Source: Octopus sinensis (Eukaryota). Taken from it: DNA of 64,000 bases. Shown piece after piece: positions 1-12,135 of the stretch. The notes beneath the pieces are model-generated. The model ran no database searches and was not told where the DNA came from. It saw only the letters and a list, made by a program, of their open reading frames with translations. The first letter of the stretch is position 1, and every line of letters begins with the position of its first letter. The stretch is taken from NCBI RefSeq assembly GCF_006345805.1, contig NC_043002.1, positions 95,418,001-95,482,000 on the forward strand, in the 5' to 3' direction. A program made the position numbers and the translations under genes.

Positions 1-120
1 GCGAAAAAGCCCGCCATTTTCATAGATATGTAAGGATAAACATTCGTACATGCTACGACGAATTCTACGGTTGGCAATCGAGTTTGTAATGTTATATTTT
101 TTCTTATATTTCTTGAGTTT

Positions 121-184
121 GTTGATCTGACGAACATGAAATGCATATTCTGCATTAAATGCGAAATCACATGTGATATGTAAC
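121..184 (+). ncRNA. Degenerate type-I hammerhead-ribozyme-like motif in a CpG-rich repeat
   Basis: CTGACGA 127-133; interrupted stem II CAT/ATG plus ATGCA/TGCAT; GAA 163-165; palindromic stem III ATCACATGTGAT 166-177; A178; stem I GTTGAT/TGTAAC only partly paired. Confidence 0.45.
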
Positions 185-451
185 TGAATTCTTTTTTAAA
201 ATGATGTGTTTTGAAGTTTTTGCATTCGGTAAAATTTTGTTTATTTTTAGTAGTTTTGACCGCATTGGTCCCTCTTAGCGTGTTGGTATCTTATGAATAG
301 TAGTACCCTCAATATAATATAAATGAATATTTTCAAAGAGAAAGAATTTACGGATTTTTTCTTTTACGAGGTTTTTCACGCTGACTACTGATAATTTCTT
401 TTAAAGATTTTATCCTCAATTGTTAATATATACATATATATATATATATAT

Positions 452-562
452 TGGCCTGCTCGCTTAGCCAGTGGGGTAGCATCATTCGAAGGCTAAAACA
501 ATGCGAACGCATTGTGACCAGCGATGTGTAGCAACATCTGAAGGTCTGGTTGGTCACGTGAT

Positions 563-570
<8 letters not shown>
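452..570. mobile_element. Short structured interspersed repeat inserted in (TA)n
   Basis: GC-balanced ~120 bp between two (TA)n tracts; perfect hairpin ACAATGCG-AA-CGCATTGT 498-515; palindrome TCACGTGATCACGTGA at the right end. Confidence 0.5.
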
Positions 571-606
<36 letters not shown>

Positions 607-1438
607 GTGAGTGTGTATGTATGTGTGTATACATATATACACACGCACACACACATATATATATTAATAATTAAGGGTGCTACAAATAGCATCAGCACAC
701 TAAAAATAGCAGTCAGAAAACTGCTACAACCACAAATTTTCACTGACATACATTAATTGAAATTGGGGGAATGAGCAGAAATTCTAATTATGAAAAGAAT
801 CATAAATTGTGGCTTTTCAATTTACAATTTACACATTAAGAGCACTAGTGCTGGTGCTACATCAAAAACACTGGTGATGGTGCTAGGTAAAAAACATCCA
901 GTACACTCTGTAAAGTGGTTGGCATTAGGAAGGGTGTCCAGCTTTAGAAACCATACCAAAATGGACTATGAAATCTGGTGTGGCCCTTGGCCTTGCCAGC
1001 TCCTGTAAAACCTGTAAAACCACCCAACCCATGCAGGCAGGAAAACAGTTGTTAAATTATGACGGTGGTGGTGGTGGTAATGATGATGATAATTCTTAAC
1101 CAAAAACATATGTGTGCAGACCCATACACACACAAACACACATACTCTTATATATATATATATATGTCATGTGTCATATATTCTTCCGTATCTCTACTAC
1201 TAATTACAACAATACTGTCGAACAGTTTATAAAATATATATGCAACTAACTAAACAAAAGCTATCGTTAATAATTATACAATGAAAATGGTGCAAGCGTC
1301 ACAAAAAACTGTTTTTTCTATAACATTCTGATTAGCCAAAGGCAAATACATTAACAGTTCAGAATATGTCTTTAGGGTTTCACAATATGAACTTGTATGC
1401 ATGCTCAAAAAGCTAATGCTACTTTTATTTGTTTTCAG

Positions 1439-1484
1439 AAGCCGTACATAAACAGATATTGCCAAAGAAAACAATGTTTTTGAG
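1439..1484 (+). CDS. Candidate short internal exon (xAVHKQILPKKTMFLx), gene unknown
   Basis: Acceptor ctacttttatttgttttcag, donor AG|gtatat; only one of three frames is open. Confidence 0.25.
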
Positions 1485-2177
1485 GTATATAACAATCAAA
1501 AATAGTTTAAAGCAAATTCATTTAAGAAAAATAATGTAACTAATAAGGAAAATAAAGAAAATAAATGGAACATTTCTGAATTGTAAGCGAATCAGTCAAG
1601 AAATAATCAAATGAGAAAAATATTGCCTCTGGTGAACACAGAGACAGCCTGGCACCTGGTGTAAGGTCTACATACAACTTTCAAACATGAAGTGTTATTT
1701 ACATTACATTCTTATTGAACAATGTTAAAAATCAATTAGTTTGTGTTCATTTATTCAGAATAATAATAATAATGTTGTTGTTGATGCTGCTGTTATTATA
1801 ATATGGAGCTTAGTAAGAACCATAAAAAGAAAAAAAAAACAAGAATAACAGAGATAGGGACAATGGGAGGGAGATGACGAGTAGATTATCATAGCTTGAC
1901 ATCCTGTCAAAGGTACCTTTAATCTCACATTAAGCCAGACTGTCAAGCAGATGTTGATTTGATGAAGGATATGAAATACATATATTCAAAATATGACACA
2001 GACAAGGTTGTATGCTTTAAGATATTTCCTTCATAACTCGCATTCTATTACACTTTAGGTAAGTGTCTTCTAAGACAGCTTAGAGTCAACCAAAGATCTG
2101 CCATACATTTTGAGAGTAAAATTTGGGAGACAAAAACTAAACAGAAGCCAAATTTATGTATAACTGTATGTGTCTGT

Positions 2178-2455
2178 AGGAGTGGCTGTGTGGTAAGTAG
2201 CTTGCTTGCCAACCACATGGTTCTGGGTTCAGTCCTACTGCATGGCACCTTGGGCAAAGTGTCTTCTACTATAGCCTTGGACAGACCAAAGCCTTGTGAG
2301 TGGATTTGGTAGACGGAAACTGAAAGAAGCCCATCGCATATATGTATATGTATATGTGTTTGTATGTCTGTGTTTGTCCCCCTAACTTCGCTTAACAACC
2401 GATGTTGGTGTGTTTACATCCCCGTAACTTATCGGTTCGGCAAAAGAGACAGATA
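2178..2455 (+). mobile_element. SINE family A (tRNA-like head, CORE-like segment, internal TA/TG microsatellite), 3'-truncated
   Basis: aggagtggctgtgtggtaag head, gggttcagtcc box-B-like, gcaccttgggcaaagtg CORE-like motif; matches copies at 17137, 27092, 44551. Confidence 0.85.
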
Positions 2456-2668
2456 CACACAGCTCATTAGCTGAAACTGGAAAAATCAAAAATCAAAATC
2501 AAAATACATATATACGTACATATATGTATAAAGTAACAAACTGAGGAAAAATCCTTCAAAGGGGTGTTAAACATCCAATTCACTGGTACTTCAGTTGTAT
2601 ATCATATAAATATTGGTATAATTCAATAATTTATTTATATTACAATATTACATTATATTCTATGAATA

Positions 2669-3053
2669 TCTTTATATATAAAAGTAAGGTTGTGTCTGTC
2701 TCCTACAATTTAGATTCCTAACTACTCCCACATTTTGCGGTGCAGTTTAACCAAAACCGGGTATCTTATAGTCGTGATTCATATCAAGCCCTTCTGGGTA
2801 TTAGCGTGCGTCTACGATGAGTCTACGATTTAAAAAAAAATTTACCATCATTTTTTTCCATTTTAATGCATTTTTTCGCTATTATATAAGGGAAGTAACT
2901 CTCTAAAAATGTCTACGATGAGTCAACGATTTAAAAAAAAATTTACCATCATTTTTTTTCCATTTTTAATGCATTTTTTTGCTATAACTCTCTAAAAATG
3001 CTTATGTAGTTATATCCCTTACAAACCCGAGCAACGCCAGGCGATACTGCTAG
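2669..3053 (+). mobile_element. Non-autonomous Helitron, copy 1
   Basis: A|TC 5' end, CTAG|T 3' end, GC-rich subterminal hairpin cccgagcaacgccagg, no TSD; near-identical to 51474-51872 and 53019-53416. Confidence 0.85.
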
Positions 3054-3478
3054 TAATATATAACATAAAACATAACATAATATTATATAAATAATTATAA
3101 AAACTGTAAAAGTCCAACAAATTATATATATGTTTTCTGATTACATAATCATAGTTCAATTATATATAAGTCACCTGTTCAGAAAGGATGGCTGGATTGT
3201 AAAAATTAGTTTAAATGTCTGTGTTATGAGTGTAAGCATTAATTATTCAATCTTACATCAATTACAATTAAAAAACAACAAAAACATTTTAACAGGTGAT
3301 ACAATCAAGTAAGTGCGGTTCACAACAATCGAAATTCACTTCATTATATCTCAAACACATACCAATTTAGATACTTAATTATATACAATTATATACATAC
3401 ATATATTATCATTGTATGTTGTGATGACAAGAGACTACTTTGGACCATAAAAAGGTTTCAATTATATATATATATATC

Positions 3479-3695
3479 GTGAAGTATATTTGCCCCCTAA
3501 ATGTGGCTGGCCTATATGGAACGATGCTACTGTAGTTTATAGCGCTAGGAGGACGTCTCCTCCAGCGGGCTAATGACACACTGTCTGTGCCTAATCAGTA
3601 TTTGCAAAGAGAAATCATCATTCCCATCCTTAGCCTGGCTACAGTGGCATCATCCCATATGGGTCAGCCACATTCAGGTGGCAAATATACTTCAC
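3479..3695. mobile_element. MITE with ~57-bp terminal inverted repeats
   Basis: gtgaagtatatttgccccctaaatgtggctgg... versus ...cagccacattcaggtggcaaatatacttcac; left end abuts (TA)n. Confidence 0.75.
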
Positions 3696-3744
3696 AATGT
3701 CCTGCTGCTACTGTTTACATCTCGCTCAGAGATTTATCATTGCC

Positions 3745-3845
3745 ATATATATATGTGTGTGTGTATATATGTGTGTGTGTGTGTGTGTGTATACATATAT
3801 ATATGTGTGTGTGTGTGTATATATACATATATATATATATATGTG

Positions 3846-3880
<35 letters not shown>

Positions 3881-3903
3881 ATATATACACACATATATAT
3901 ATG

Positions 3904-3934
<31 letters not shown>

Positions 3935-3982
3935 GTGTGTATATATATACATATATATATATATATGTGTGTATATATATAT

Positions 3983-4033
<51 letters not shown>

Positions 4034-4167
4034 CACACACACATATATATATCTTCAGCTTTAGAGTCTGATAAGGTGTCCACAAGGAAGGCTAAGGCCT
4101 TTGTGAATGCAAAATCATTGGTCATTCTATGACTGGACATTAACTTTATTACTTTAATATAATATAT

Positions 4168-4223
<56 letters not shown>

Positions 4224-4290
4224 ACGTATGTGTGTGTGTGTTTACATGCATATGTATATACATACGTACATGCATATATGTATGTAGGAA
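3745..4290. repeat. Compound (TA)n/(TG)n/(CA)n microsatellite block
   Basis: Direct inspection; source of the overlapping low-complexity ORFs. Confidence 0.95.
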
Positions 4291-4689
4291 GTAGGTAGAC
4301 AGGTAGAAAGTTAGGTAGGTAAGAAGATACATTTAGACTGTTAAATACAGATATAGCTATATAGAGAGATAGATAGACAAACAGACAGACAGATGAATAT
4401 ATGTTATTGGCAAAAATATGTTAAAAAAAAAAGTGAAAAAAAAGTAGTGCATCTTAAATAATATTGATGTTTGCTTTTCACTGAGATGCAAACACTCCCT
4501 TGTTACTCTTGTCTTCATAACTGTAATGATTGTCTCACTAAAGATCTGTAGCCTATGATACAATTGCTCATCAATTATGATATAAAAGAAAAGTAAAATA
4601 TATATAAAAAGAAGAAAAGAATCAAGTCCTACTTCTCAATATTATTTGTACAAACTGTGAATATTTTCATATACCCATGTATTAATCCA

Positions 4690-5345
4690 CCACAAGGTTC
4701 ACTCCTTGTTATCTGGTGGTTTATGTGCCTCAATGAACTGGAAAGCTATGCCAATGGAGTGCAAGCTTTTGGTAAGGCCTCCTACACTAGACTGGTCAAA
4801 GGGTAGAAGCCAGATTAATATGGACCAACTTTTCCCAAGGGTAAAATTGAGTTTGCATTGGGCCAGCATCTGCACTCAGAAAAAAAGCAAAATTAAAAAA
4901 GCATCAATGATAATTTAAATCCAACAGGACCTACGAGAGGAAGGCCCTTTCTCTCTCTCTATATATATATATATATCTATCTCTCAGGGAAGCATATAAT
5001 GCAGTGCTTTTCAACCTTTTTGCTGGAGCGGAACCCAAAGGAAACATTCCACTGGCTCGAGGAACCCCTGTGCAATAATTTAATTGTCTTATGCACACAT
5101 ATCTGCACAGGAGATTTAAAAATTACTGTCGATTTTAGCATTTTTGTAACTTCTTGCGGAAACCCTGGACTGTACTGGTGGAACCCTGGTTGAAAACCAC
5201 TGATATAATGGATTACAGAAAAGTCTGAAATGAAGCTGCAAGTAAGTAGGGATCCAACTGAGAGAAGGAGAAAAGACAGCCCAAAATAGAGAACTGTAGG
5301 GAAAAGTGATTGATGGTCTATGCTGCATAGGGAGATACACTAAGA
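4690..5345 (+). mobile_element. Decayed, internally deleted RTE-like element interrupted by a hAT MITE
   Basis: Homologous to 40745-41160 on both sides of the MITE, with the same join between a 5'-UTR-like part and a 3'-end-like part. Confidence 0.55.
5002..5202. mobile_element. hAT-superfamily MITE
   Basis: TIRs cagtgcttttcaacc / ggttgaaaaccactg; 8-bp TSD ATATAATG at 4994-5001 and 5203-5210; empty-site-like homolog near 41010-41030. Confidence 0.9.
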
Positions 5346-5886
5346 GCTTAAATAATTTTAAAAACCAATGTAAGAATGAAATTAATTTGTTAAAACTACA
5401 ACTTTTGACAATTTTTTATATAAAAAATATGATGGTTATATAGTACAATATTGTATTTGCTTCATCAACTATCATTAATTAAGATTCATTTCAAAATAAA
5501 ATATTTTTGTTGTGACAACATCTATTTAGTTATCTGTATAATGCAACAATAGACAACATCTATTTAATTTTCTGTATAATGCAATAAATTTTATGTGTTA
5601 CGAAAGAAGATTTTCCGGCAAATGTACACACAATAGATATAACAGACATTCAACCAAATAATGTTATATTAGACGGCTTTCATAAAAATTCTTTAGACCA
5701 AATTTTTCTTATTCTAAATGAGGTGGTATCTTCAAAGAAAATATTTATCATAATTCAAAATTCATCTAAGCACGAACATGACTGTGTAGTTAAAAAGCTT
5801 GCTTTGCAATCATGTGGTTTGGAAAATGACTTCTATTATATTCTTTGGCCCACCAATGCCATGTGACGGAATTTGATAGACAGAAA

Positions 5887-6110
5887 CTGGCAGAAACATT
5901 AGCATGCCGGATGAAATGCTTAGAGGTATTTCGTCTGCCGTTACATTCTGAGTTCAAATTCTGCCGAGGTCGACTTTGCCTTTCATCCTTTTGGGGTCGA
6001 TAAATTAAGTGCCAGTTACACACTGGGGTGGATGTAATCAACTTAATCCCTTTGTCTGTCCTTGTTTGTCCCCTCTATGTTTAGCCCCTTGTGGGCAATA
6101 AAGAAATAAG
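5887..6110 (+). mobile_element. SINE family C (central domain gtcgactttgcctttcatcc...gtcgataaattaagt, resembling Nin/Meta-type SINE domains)
   Basis: Matches reverse copies at 28165-28410 and 34759-34991. Confidence 0.75.
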
Positions 6111-6149
6111 AAGCTGTGTAGAAGCCCATCATGTGTGTATATATATATC

Positions 6150-6640
6150 TCTCCATTTTCTCCCTGTCTCCATCTGTTTTCTTTCCTCATTCCTTTCTAT
6201 AGAAGAGCATATGCTCAAAACATCAAAGCCATTTATTTTTCTTGAGCATCAAACTAATACACCTTGTGTATTGTTCCCTCACTTGTCTCGCGCTTTTGTT
6301 TTTTTGTTTTCTTTTCTTTTGAACCATGTATATGCTTATATGACCAGCTCAGCTTGATCTTGCCTGATTGAACCTCCTCCTCCTCTCTCAGACTCTCATC
6401 TCCTCCCTATACCTACTTTTCAGACTTTTGCCACCACTTCACAAAGCTCTTCAGCTTCTTGAACACTTCATACATTACACATATTGTTTCTATTTTTCTT
6501 CTTTCTCCTCATTTCTTTCTGTAAAAGTGCATAGGCTTCAAACATCAAAGACTTTTCCTATTCTTCTTGAGTGTCAAACTAAATCTCCTTCATTGTTCCC
6601 TCACCTGTCTCTGTCTTTTGATTTTTGTATAGTTTCAAAC
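6150..6640 (+). mobile_element. Two decayed copies of the HHR-bearing short repeat family (relatives of 14055-14280 and 50617-50850)
   Basis: 6193-6228 CTTT-CTATAGA-A-GAGC-ATAT-GCTC-AAA-ACAT-C-AAAG; second, more decayed copy ~6510-6550; both share downstream ...cttgag(c/t)(a/g)tcaaactaa. Confidence 0.65.
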
Positions 6641-6782
6641 CATATATATGTATGTGTGTGTGTGTGTGTGTGTATCAATGTGTACATATCTTTGTGTTTG
6701 TTAAAAAAAGTGTAAAGCTACCTTTTTGAGTCATACCGACTCATAAGAGTCAACTTCCTGGTTTCTACAGTTCTATATTTAA

Positions 6783-7003
6783 CCCTTTAGTGCTCGCATT
6801 ATTCTGCCAAAATTAATGCTTTTTTATCCAAATTGTTTTGAACTAATCATGCATTATCTTGTAACTATGAGATTTTGATGAGGTGGCTGTTAATTTCTAA
6901 AATGATATTGTAGGGTTGGTGTGAGAGACCAAATCTGGCCGGTTTGACCATAAAACAGTCAGAATACTTTTGGCCGGATATGGCCGGTTTAAATGCTAAA
7001 GGG
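6783..7003. mobile_element. piggyBac-type MITE family 1
   Basis: TTAA|CCCTTTAG...CTAAAGGG|TTAA; opposite orientation to copies at 36282, 37785, 59997. Confidence 0.9.
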
Positions 7004-7191
7004 TTAAGAGATGAGGAATTATGTACATTATTTACATTCGACGGATATTTGTCCTCGTCTTGTTTGTTGTTAACATAACATTTCAGCTGATATACTCTCT
7101 AGCCCACGGGCATATGGTGTAGTGATTAAGAACACAGTCTACTAATCTCAAGATTCCAAGTTCAATTCCAAGCAGTGACCTGAACAATAAC

Positions 7192-7226
<35 letters not shown>

Positions 7227-7797
7227 ATGCCCTGATGCAGTACCAAGCAGTGGCTCTCATGGCTTCTGATCTTAACTGATTGGAAGTGTTATCATGTACA
7301 TTGTTTTGTCTTGGTATAAAAGATAGGCTACAGCAAATATTCTGCTCAATACCACAGATTTGCTTGTCAGTTGTTTGACCTTAACCAGTTGAGCATGTCC
7401 CTTAGTGGCTGACGATATGTGCATCTCTGATCACGAGCAGAAGTAGTGGGGTAGCATCATAGCCATGTGTTGAGAGGGATTCTTTGGGGTTTGAATAATT
7501 CACCTCTGGAAACATGGGTGTTTCTTTCAACATCCTTAAACAACCCTTATTCAGGGACCTTTCGAGTGGGATGGGTTACTCGACCTGAAGAAAAATTCTA
7601 ACTGGGCCCCACCTGTAAAGTCATGTGCTGTTTATTTTGATATGAGATCACCATGTCGCGCACATATGGTTGTGATGCACATGCCTGGTGTACTCTTATC
7701 AGATGGGTAGTCATGATGGGTATATTGGGCTTCGTATATTTTACCCCAGTGTCACTTTGATGGCATGAACTGCTCTCTCACTCAATAATAATAATAA
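7227..7797 (+). mobile_element. LINE-3'-end-like segment with (AAT)n tail, apparently inserted into the (AAT)n of the composite element
   Basis: Flanked on both sides by (AAT)n; no ORF; nested position. Confidence 0.45.
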
Positions 7798-7846
7798 CAT
7801 TGAAAAATACCTTAGGAATGAGAACCCAGGTTCGAAATTTCGCCAA

Positions 7847-7892
7847 GACACCTGAAGAAGTCTGGAGGGTATATCAGCTGAAACATTGTGTT
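7847..7892 (+). ncRNA. Degenerate minimal type-I hammerhead ribozyme
   Basis: Stem I GACAC/GTGTT, CTGAAGA 7852-7858, extra A, stem II GTCTG/CAGCT (imperfect), GAA, ACAT (ACGT after CpG decay; the inverted copy reads ATGT), T17. Confidence 0.6.
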
Positions 7893-8465
7893 AACAACAA
7901 ACAAGATGAGGACAAATATCCGTAGATTGTAAAATAATGTAAATAATGTTCCTGGTTTCTAAAGTGTATATATTCCCCACCTGGATGGGATACCAGTCCA
8001 TTGCAGGATTACTCTTGTCCCTCAAACCTGCTTGACAACTGACATTTGTTTATATCCCAATGACTTAGCAGCTCAGCAACAGACACTGATAAAATCAGTA
8101 TTAGACTGAAAAAAAATATATTACTGCAGTTGATTTATTTATCTGCAATCCTTCAAGGCAGTGCTCTAGCATGACCACAATCCTATGATTGAAAAAGTAA
8201 AAAGTTTTAAAAATGCTATTACCTGAAATTTCATCCAGCCTGTTCTCTACTAATTACTTTGTAGAATAACATTGAATTAGTGAATAATTAGAACCACAAT
8301 TCTATGTCTTCTTTGAATAAATATAATGCTCTCACAAATAAATTAAATATTTAGTTTGATTTGTTGACAGATTCGGCTTTCAAATTCTACAATTTTTTGT
8401 ATAATTTTTTTCTGTTATTAATTGTATTTGGTATCCTGATTGATAGTTGTTACAATATGCATCTT

Positions 8466-8468
8466 GTG

Positions 8469-8499
<31 letters not shown>

Positions 8500-8785
8500 A
8501 GAGAGAGTGTGAGTGTGTGTGTGTGAGAGAGAGAGAGTGTGTGGGGGTGGGGGTGAGAAAGAGAGAGAGAGCATGTGAGTGTGTGTGTCTGTGCATGTGA
8601 GAGAGCATGTGAGAGTGTGTGTGTGTGAAAGAGAGAGAGAGAATGTGTGAGTGCGTGTCTGTCTGTGTGTGTGTCTGTGTGTGTCAGAGAGCATGTGAGT
8701 GTGTGTGTCTGTGTGTCTGTGTGAGAGAGAAAGAGAGAGAGAGAGTGAGTGTCTGTGTCTGTGTGTGTGAGAGAGCATGTGTGTA

Positions 8786-8829
<44 letters not shown>

Positions 8830-8908
8830 TGTGAGTGTGTGTGTGTGAGAGAGAGAGAACGTGTAAGTGTGTGTAGCTGTGTCTGTGTGTGCGTAAGAGA
8901 GCATGTGA

Positions 8909-8948
<40 letters not shown>
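8466..8948. repeat. Compound (GT)n/(GA)n microsatellite
   Basis: Direct inspection. Confidence 0.95.
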
Positions 8949-8953
<5 letters not shown>

Positions 8954-9625
8954 TGCTTGTGTCCATGTGTCTTCATTTAAGAAAAGACAGTGACACTTGT
9001 TCATGTCTGCTGCAATTAATACATTCCATAACTTGGTGGCTTCCTTGTGTAAAGATAAATGAAACAAAAATATTTTACTTGTTTAAAGAAGTAAGTGTTA
9101 GTGACAGGAAAGGCATTGAGTTATAGAAAACTTCATCCAACACATACCAACGTTGAAGAAACATATGTGAAAATAATGATGATGATGATAGCTATTAATT
9201 ATGTGTTTCACATTGATCACATATAAACTATATTGTTCACTGTTCGATGAGTTTAACTACTAAGTTAAATACAATAGAGTGAAGTCTGAGAGAGATTTAG
9301 CTGTTATTTCTAGAATGTTAAACAACCACATAGAAGATCTCTTGTTGGCTCATGTGTTTTTTTATGAGTAATTGATTGGTGCTTATATTTAGTTCAACTT
9401 TTTTAGAGATAGTTTTGTCTAAATAAAAGGTAAGATAGCCAGGTGGAAATACAGCCAGATCAGTTAATTATAAATGTATTCAACATATTCCCTTGTAAGA
9501 TTCACACACTTATTGCAGTAGCCCTTTAGTTTTTCTAAGCCCCGTGAAAGAAGTCAGAAAGTTGGGCCCCCAACCAGGCCTTTCATGATATCCTTAAAGC
9601 CAGGCACTTTTCAGCACTGTCTCAT

Positions 9626-9672
<47 letters not shown>

Positions 9673-10520
9673 CTACATATGTTGGAAATTCTTTCTGTGG
9701 GTGTGTTTGTGGAATTGTTAGTTAACGCTTTCTACATCGTTTTTATTGATTTTGATGAAACTTGACATGAGTAGAACTCATGCCTGGAAACCACATGGCA
9801 TCCTCAGATTGTTGAAAAAAAAAAATCGATAATAGGGCCCCTGGAAGGGATCCTTACATATAGCCAAGGGAAATAATCCATTCATTTTCCTATAAATTAT
9901 TAGGTAAAAATTAAATTGAGTATGCTCATTTCTTAATATTTGAACTGTTAGAGTTATTTTCACAATTTATCCAGTTCAACTTTTAAATAAGTAAATAGTA
10001 TTTTCCTAAACAATAGATCCACTTATTTTGTTTAGTGAGTTATTCACAAATATACCAACTCTAGCGCCCCTGAGGGTATTATTCTCTGGGAACATACAAA
10101 AGCCCTTTTCAGAGTTATTTACTTAGAATTGTTATTATCTCATATCTGATTAGCCTATTATTACATAACATGCTTCATGATTTTAGTATACATAACATAT
10201 TAGTATTTCTTCCTATGTTCCATATACTCTGAGAATGCATTAAAGTCCTTTCCAGGGCTACTTTATTTGAATTCTTACCATCAGGTAACTAATTTCATGT
10301 TATTATATATCTGACTTCACAATTTGAGTATTCATAACTTATTGGGAATTCCTAAAAACGAGATCCTGTGTAAGACAGTTCGGTATTCTCTGTAAATGCA
10401 CAAAAACCGTTTGAAGGGCTACATACTTTGTATTGTTGTTATTGGATTAGTTAAACAATTATGAGAGCAGAACCAAGAGATAAGCCCCACTTTCCCAGGA
10501 ATTACCGGGTACGTCAGCTA

Positions 10521-10562
<42 letters not shown>

Positions 10563-11044
10563 GAGAGAAAAACCTCTATTAAGCAATTCAATAGTGAAAG
10601 ACCATATAGAAAAAATAAATATACTATAAAAACCTTATTTTAAAAATCAATAAAGTACATAAACAATAAACAGAAATTCTTCAATAAAATAAGTTATGGT
10701 CTTATTTTAAGTATTATTGTTAAATGTTTTTTGATTATTTATTGTTAAAACACATATTTTTCTATATTTGATAATTGTTATGAGTTAAGATACGTACATT
10801 TATTTTATTATTATTTTTATTATTACTAATTTAGACCTGATAAAATTTTAGATAGATTTAATTTTAAATCAAATTGATTTTATTATTATTATCTATTTGA
10901 AAATATAGCCATGAAATGTGCATAGCCAATTTATTGCTATTTACTATTTATTGTTTATGTACTTTATTGATTTTTAAAATAAGGTTTTTATAGTATATTT
11001 ATTTTTTCTATATGGTGTGACTAACGTTTTTCACTGTTGAATTG

Positions 11045-11117
11045 CTTATTATTATTGTTGTTGTTATTATTATTATCATTATTATAATTATTATTAGCAT
11101 TATTATTATTATTACTG

Positions 11118-11151
<34 letters not shown>

Positions 11152-11191
11152 CATTACTATTATTATTACTGTTGTTATTATTATTACTGTA

Positions 11192-11229
<38 letters not shown>

Positions 11230-11336
11230 CATTACTATTATTATTACTGTTCTTCTTCTTCTTATTATTATTATCATTACTATTATTATTACTGTTGTTC
11301 TTATTATTATTATTATCATTACTATTATTATTACTG

Positions 11337-11372
<36 letters not shown>
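11045..11372. repeat. (ATT)n tract with recurring actgttgtt interruptions
   Basis: Direct inspection; source of the poly-Ile ORFs. Confidence 0.95.
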
Positions 11373-11374
<2 letters not shown>

Positions 11375-11924
11375 TTATTTATTTATATATATATATAAAA
11401 CTATGTCTGTGTCTTTGTATTGTATCGTATTTGTCCTCACCACTACTTGACAATCAGTCTTGGTGTGTTTACATCCCCTTAACTTGGCAGTTCAGTTATG
11501 GGGACTTCCAATAACTGATAAAATAGGTACCAGGCTTTAAAAAAAGTAAGTACCACGGTTGACTTGTTCAACTAAAGCCTTCAAGTCAGCACCCAAGCAT
11601 GGCTGCAGTTCAATGACTGAAACAAGAGAAAGATACAAGGTGAGGTTAAATAATATGACAACTAGAAAGTTCACCTAGTACTGCCTCTCAGACCTGCAAC
11701 TCCTTGGCTGTATTTATCATTAAACTTAAAAAAGGATCAAGCTGAGTGTCAATGATGTCAGAGTCTAATGCCTGGAAGAACTTTGCAAAGTCTATAGATA
11801 TGGACACTCTTCATTGGACCAAATAAAATACACATATGATTGTTGCACACAAGAAGACCAGCCCACTACAACAGAATTGATATCCTAAAACTAAGGTGTC
11901 ATGTAAAAACATTGGTGTGTGTGC

Positions 11925-12135
11925 TGATGCCATGCAAAAAGCACTGATGGTGGTGCCATGTGAAAAGCACCCTGTTCACTCTGTAAATTGGTTGATGTTA
12001 AGAAGGGCATCCAGCCATAGAAACCAAGTCAAAACAGATTATGGAACCTGATGTAGCCCCTGGCCTTACCAGTTCCTATCAACCTTTCCAACCCATGTCA
12101 GCATGGAAAACAGATGTTAAATGATATGGTAGTGG
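11925..12135 (+). mobile_element. RTE-type 3' tail element (family E)
   Basis: aaaagcacc...gaagggcatccagccatagaaacc...acccatgtcagcatggaaaacagatgttaaatgat; many homologs in the window. Confidence 0.75.

Larger units (their letters stand above)
6768..7948 (+). mobile_element. Composite element: inverted 3'-end copy + tRNA-like head + (AAT)n + HHR-bearing tail, with 13-bp TSD
   Basis: TSD TTCCTGGTTTCTA at 6755-6767 and 7949-7961; box-A-like TGGTGTAGTGA 7115-7125, box-B-like AGTTCAATTCC 7159-7169; 7012-7103 is the reverse complement of ~7860-7948; the interrupted host is a SINE-D fragment. Confidence 0.7.

Noticed and set aside
3573-4332. Overlapping 100-200 aa ORFs rich in Y/I/C/V/H/T (also ~8380-9126, 25791-26429, 50664-51305, 55150-56968)
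   Set aside because: Translations of dinucleotide microsatellites, which lack stop codons
10330-10520. Possible additional hammerhead on minus (CGGT/ACCG stem)
   Set aside because: Core too degenerate (no CTGANGA, no GAAA)
11008-11398. Poly-Ile ORFs on both strands
   Set aside because: (ATT)n repeat
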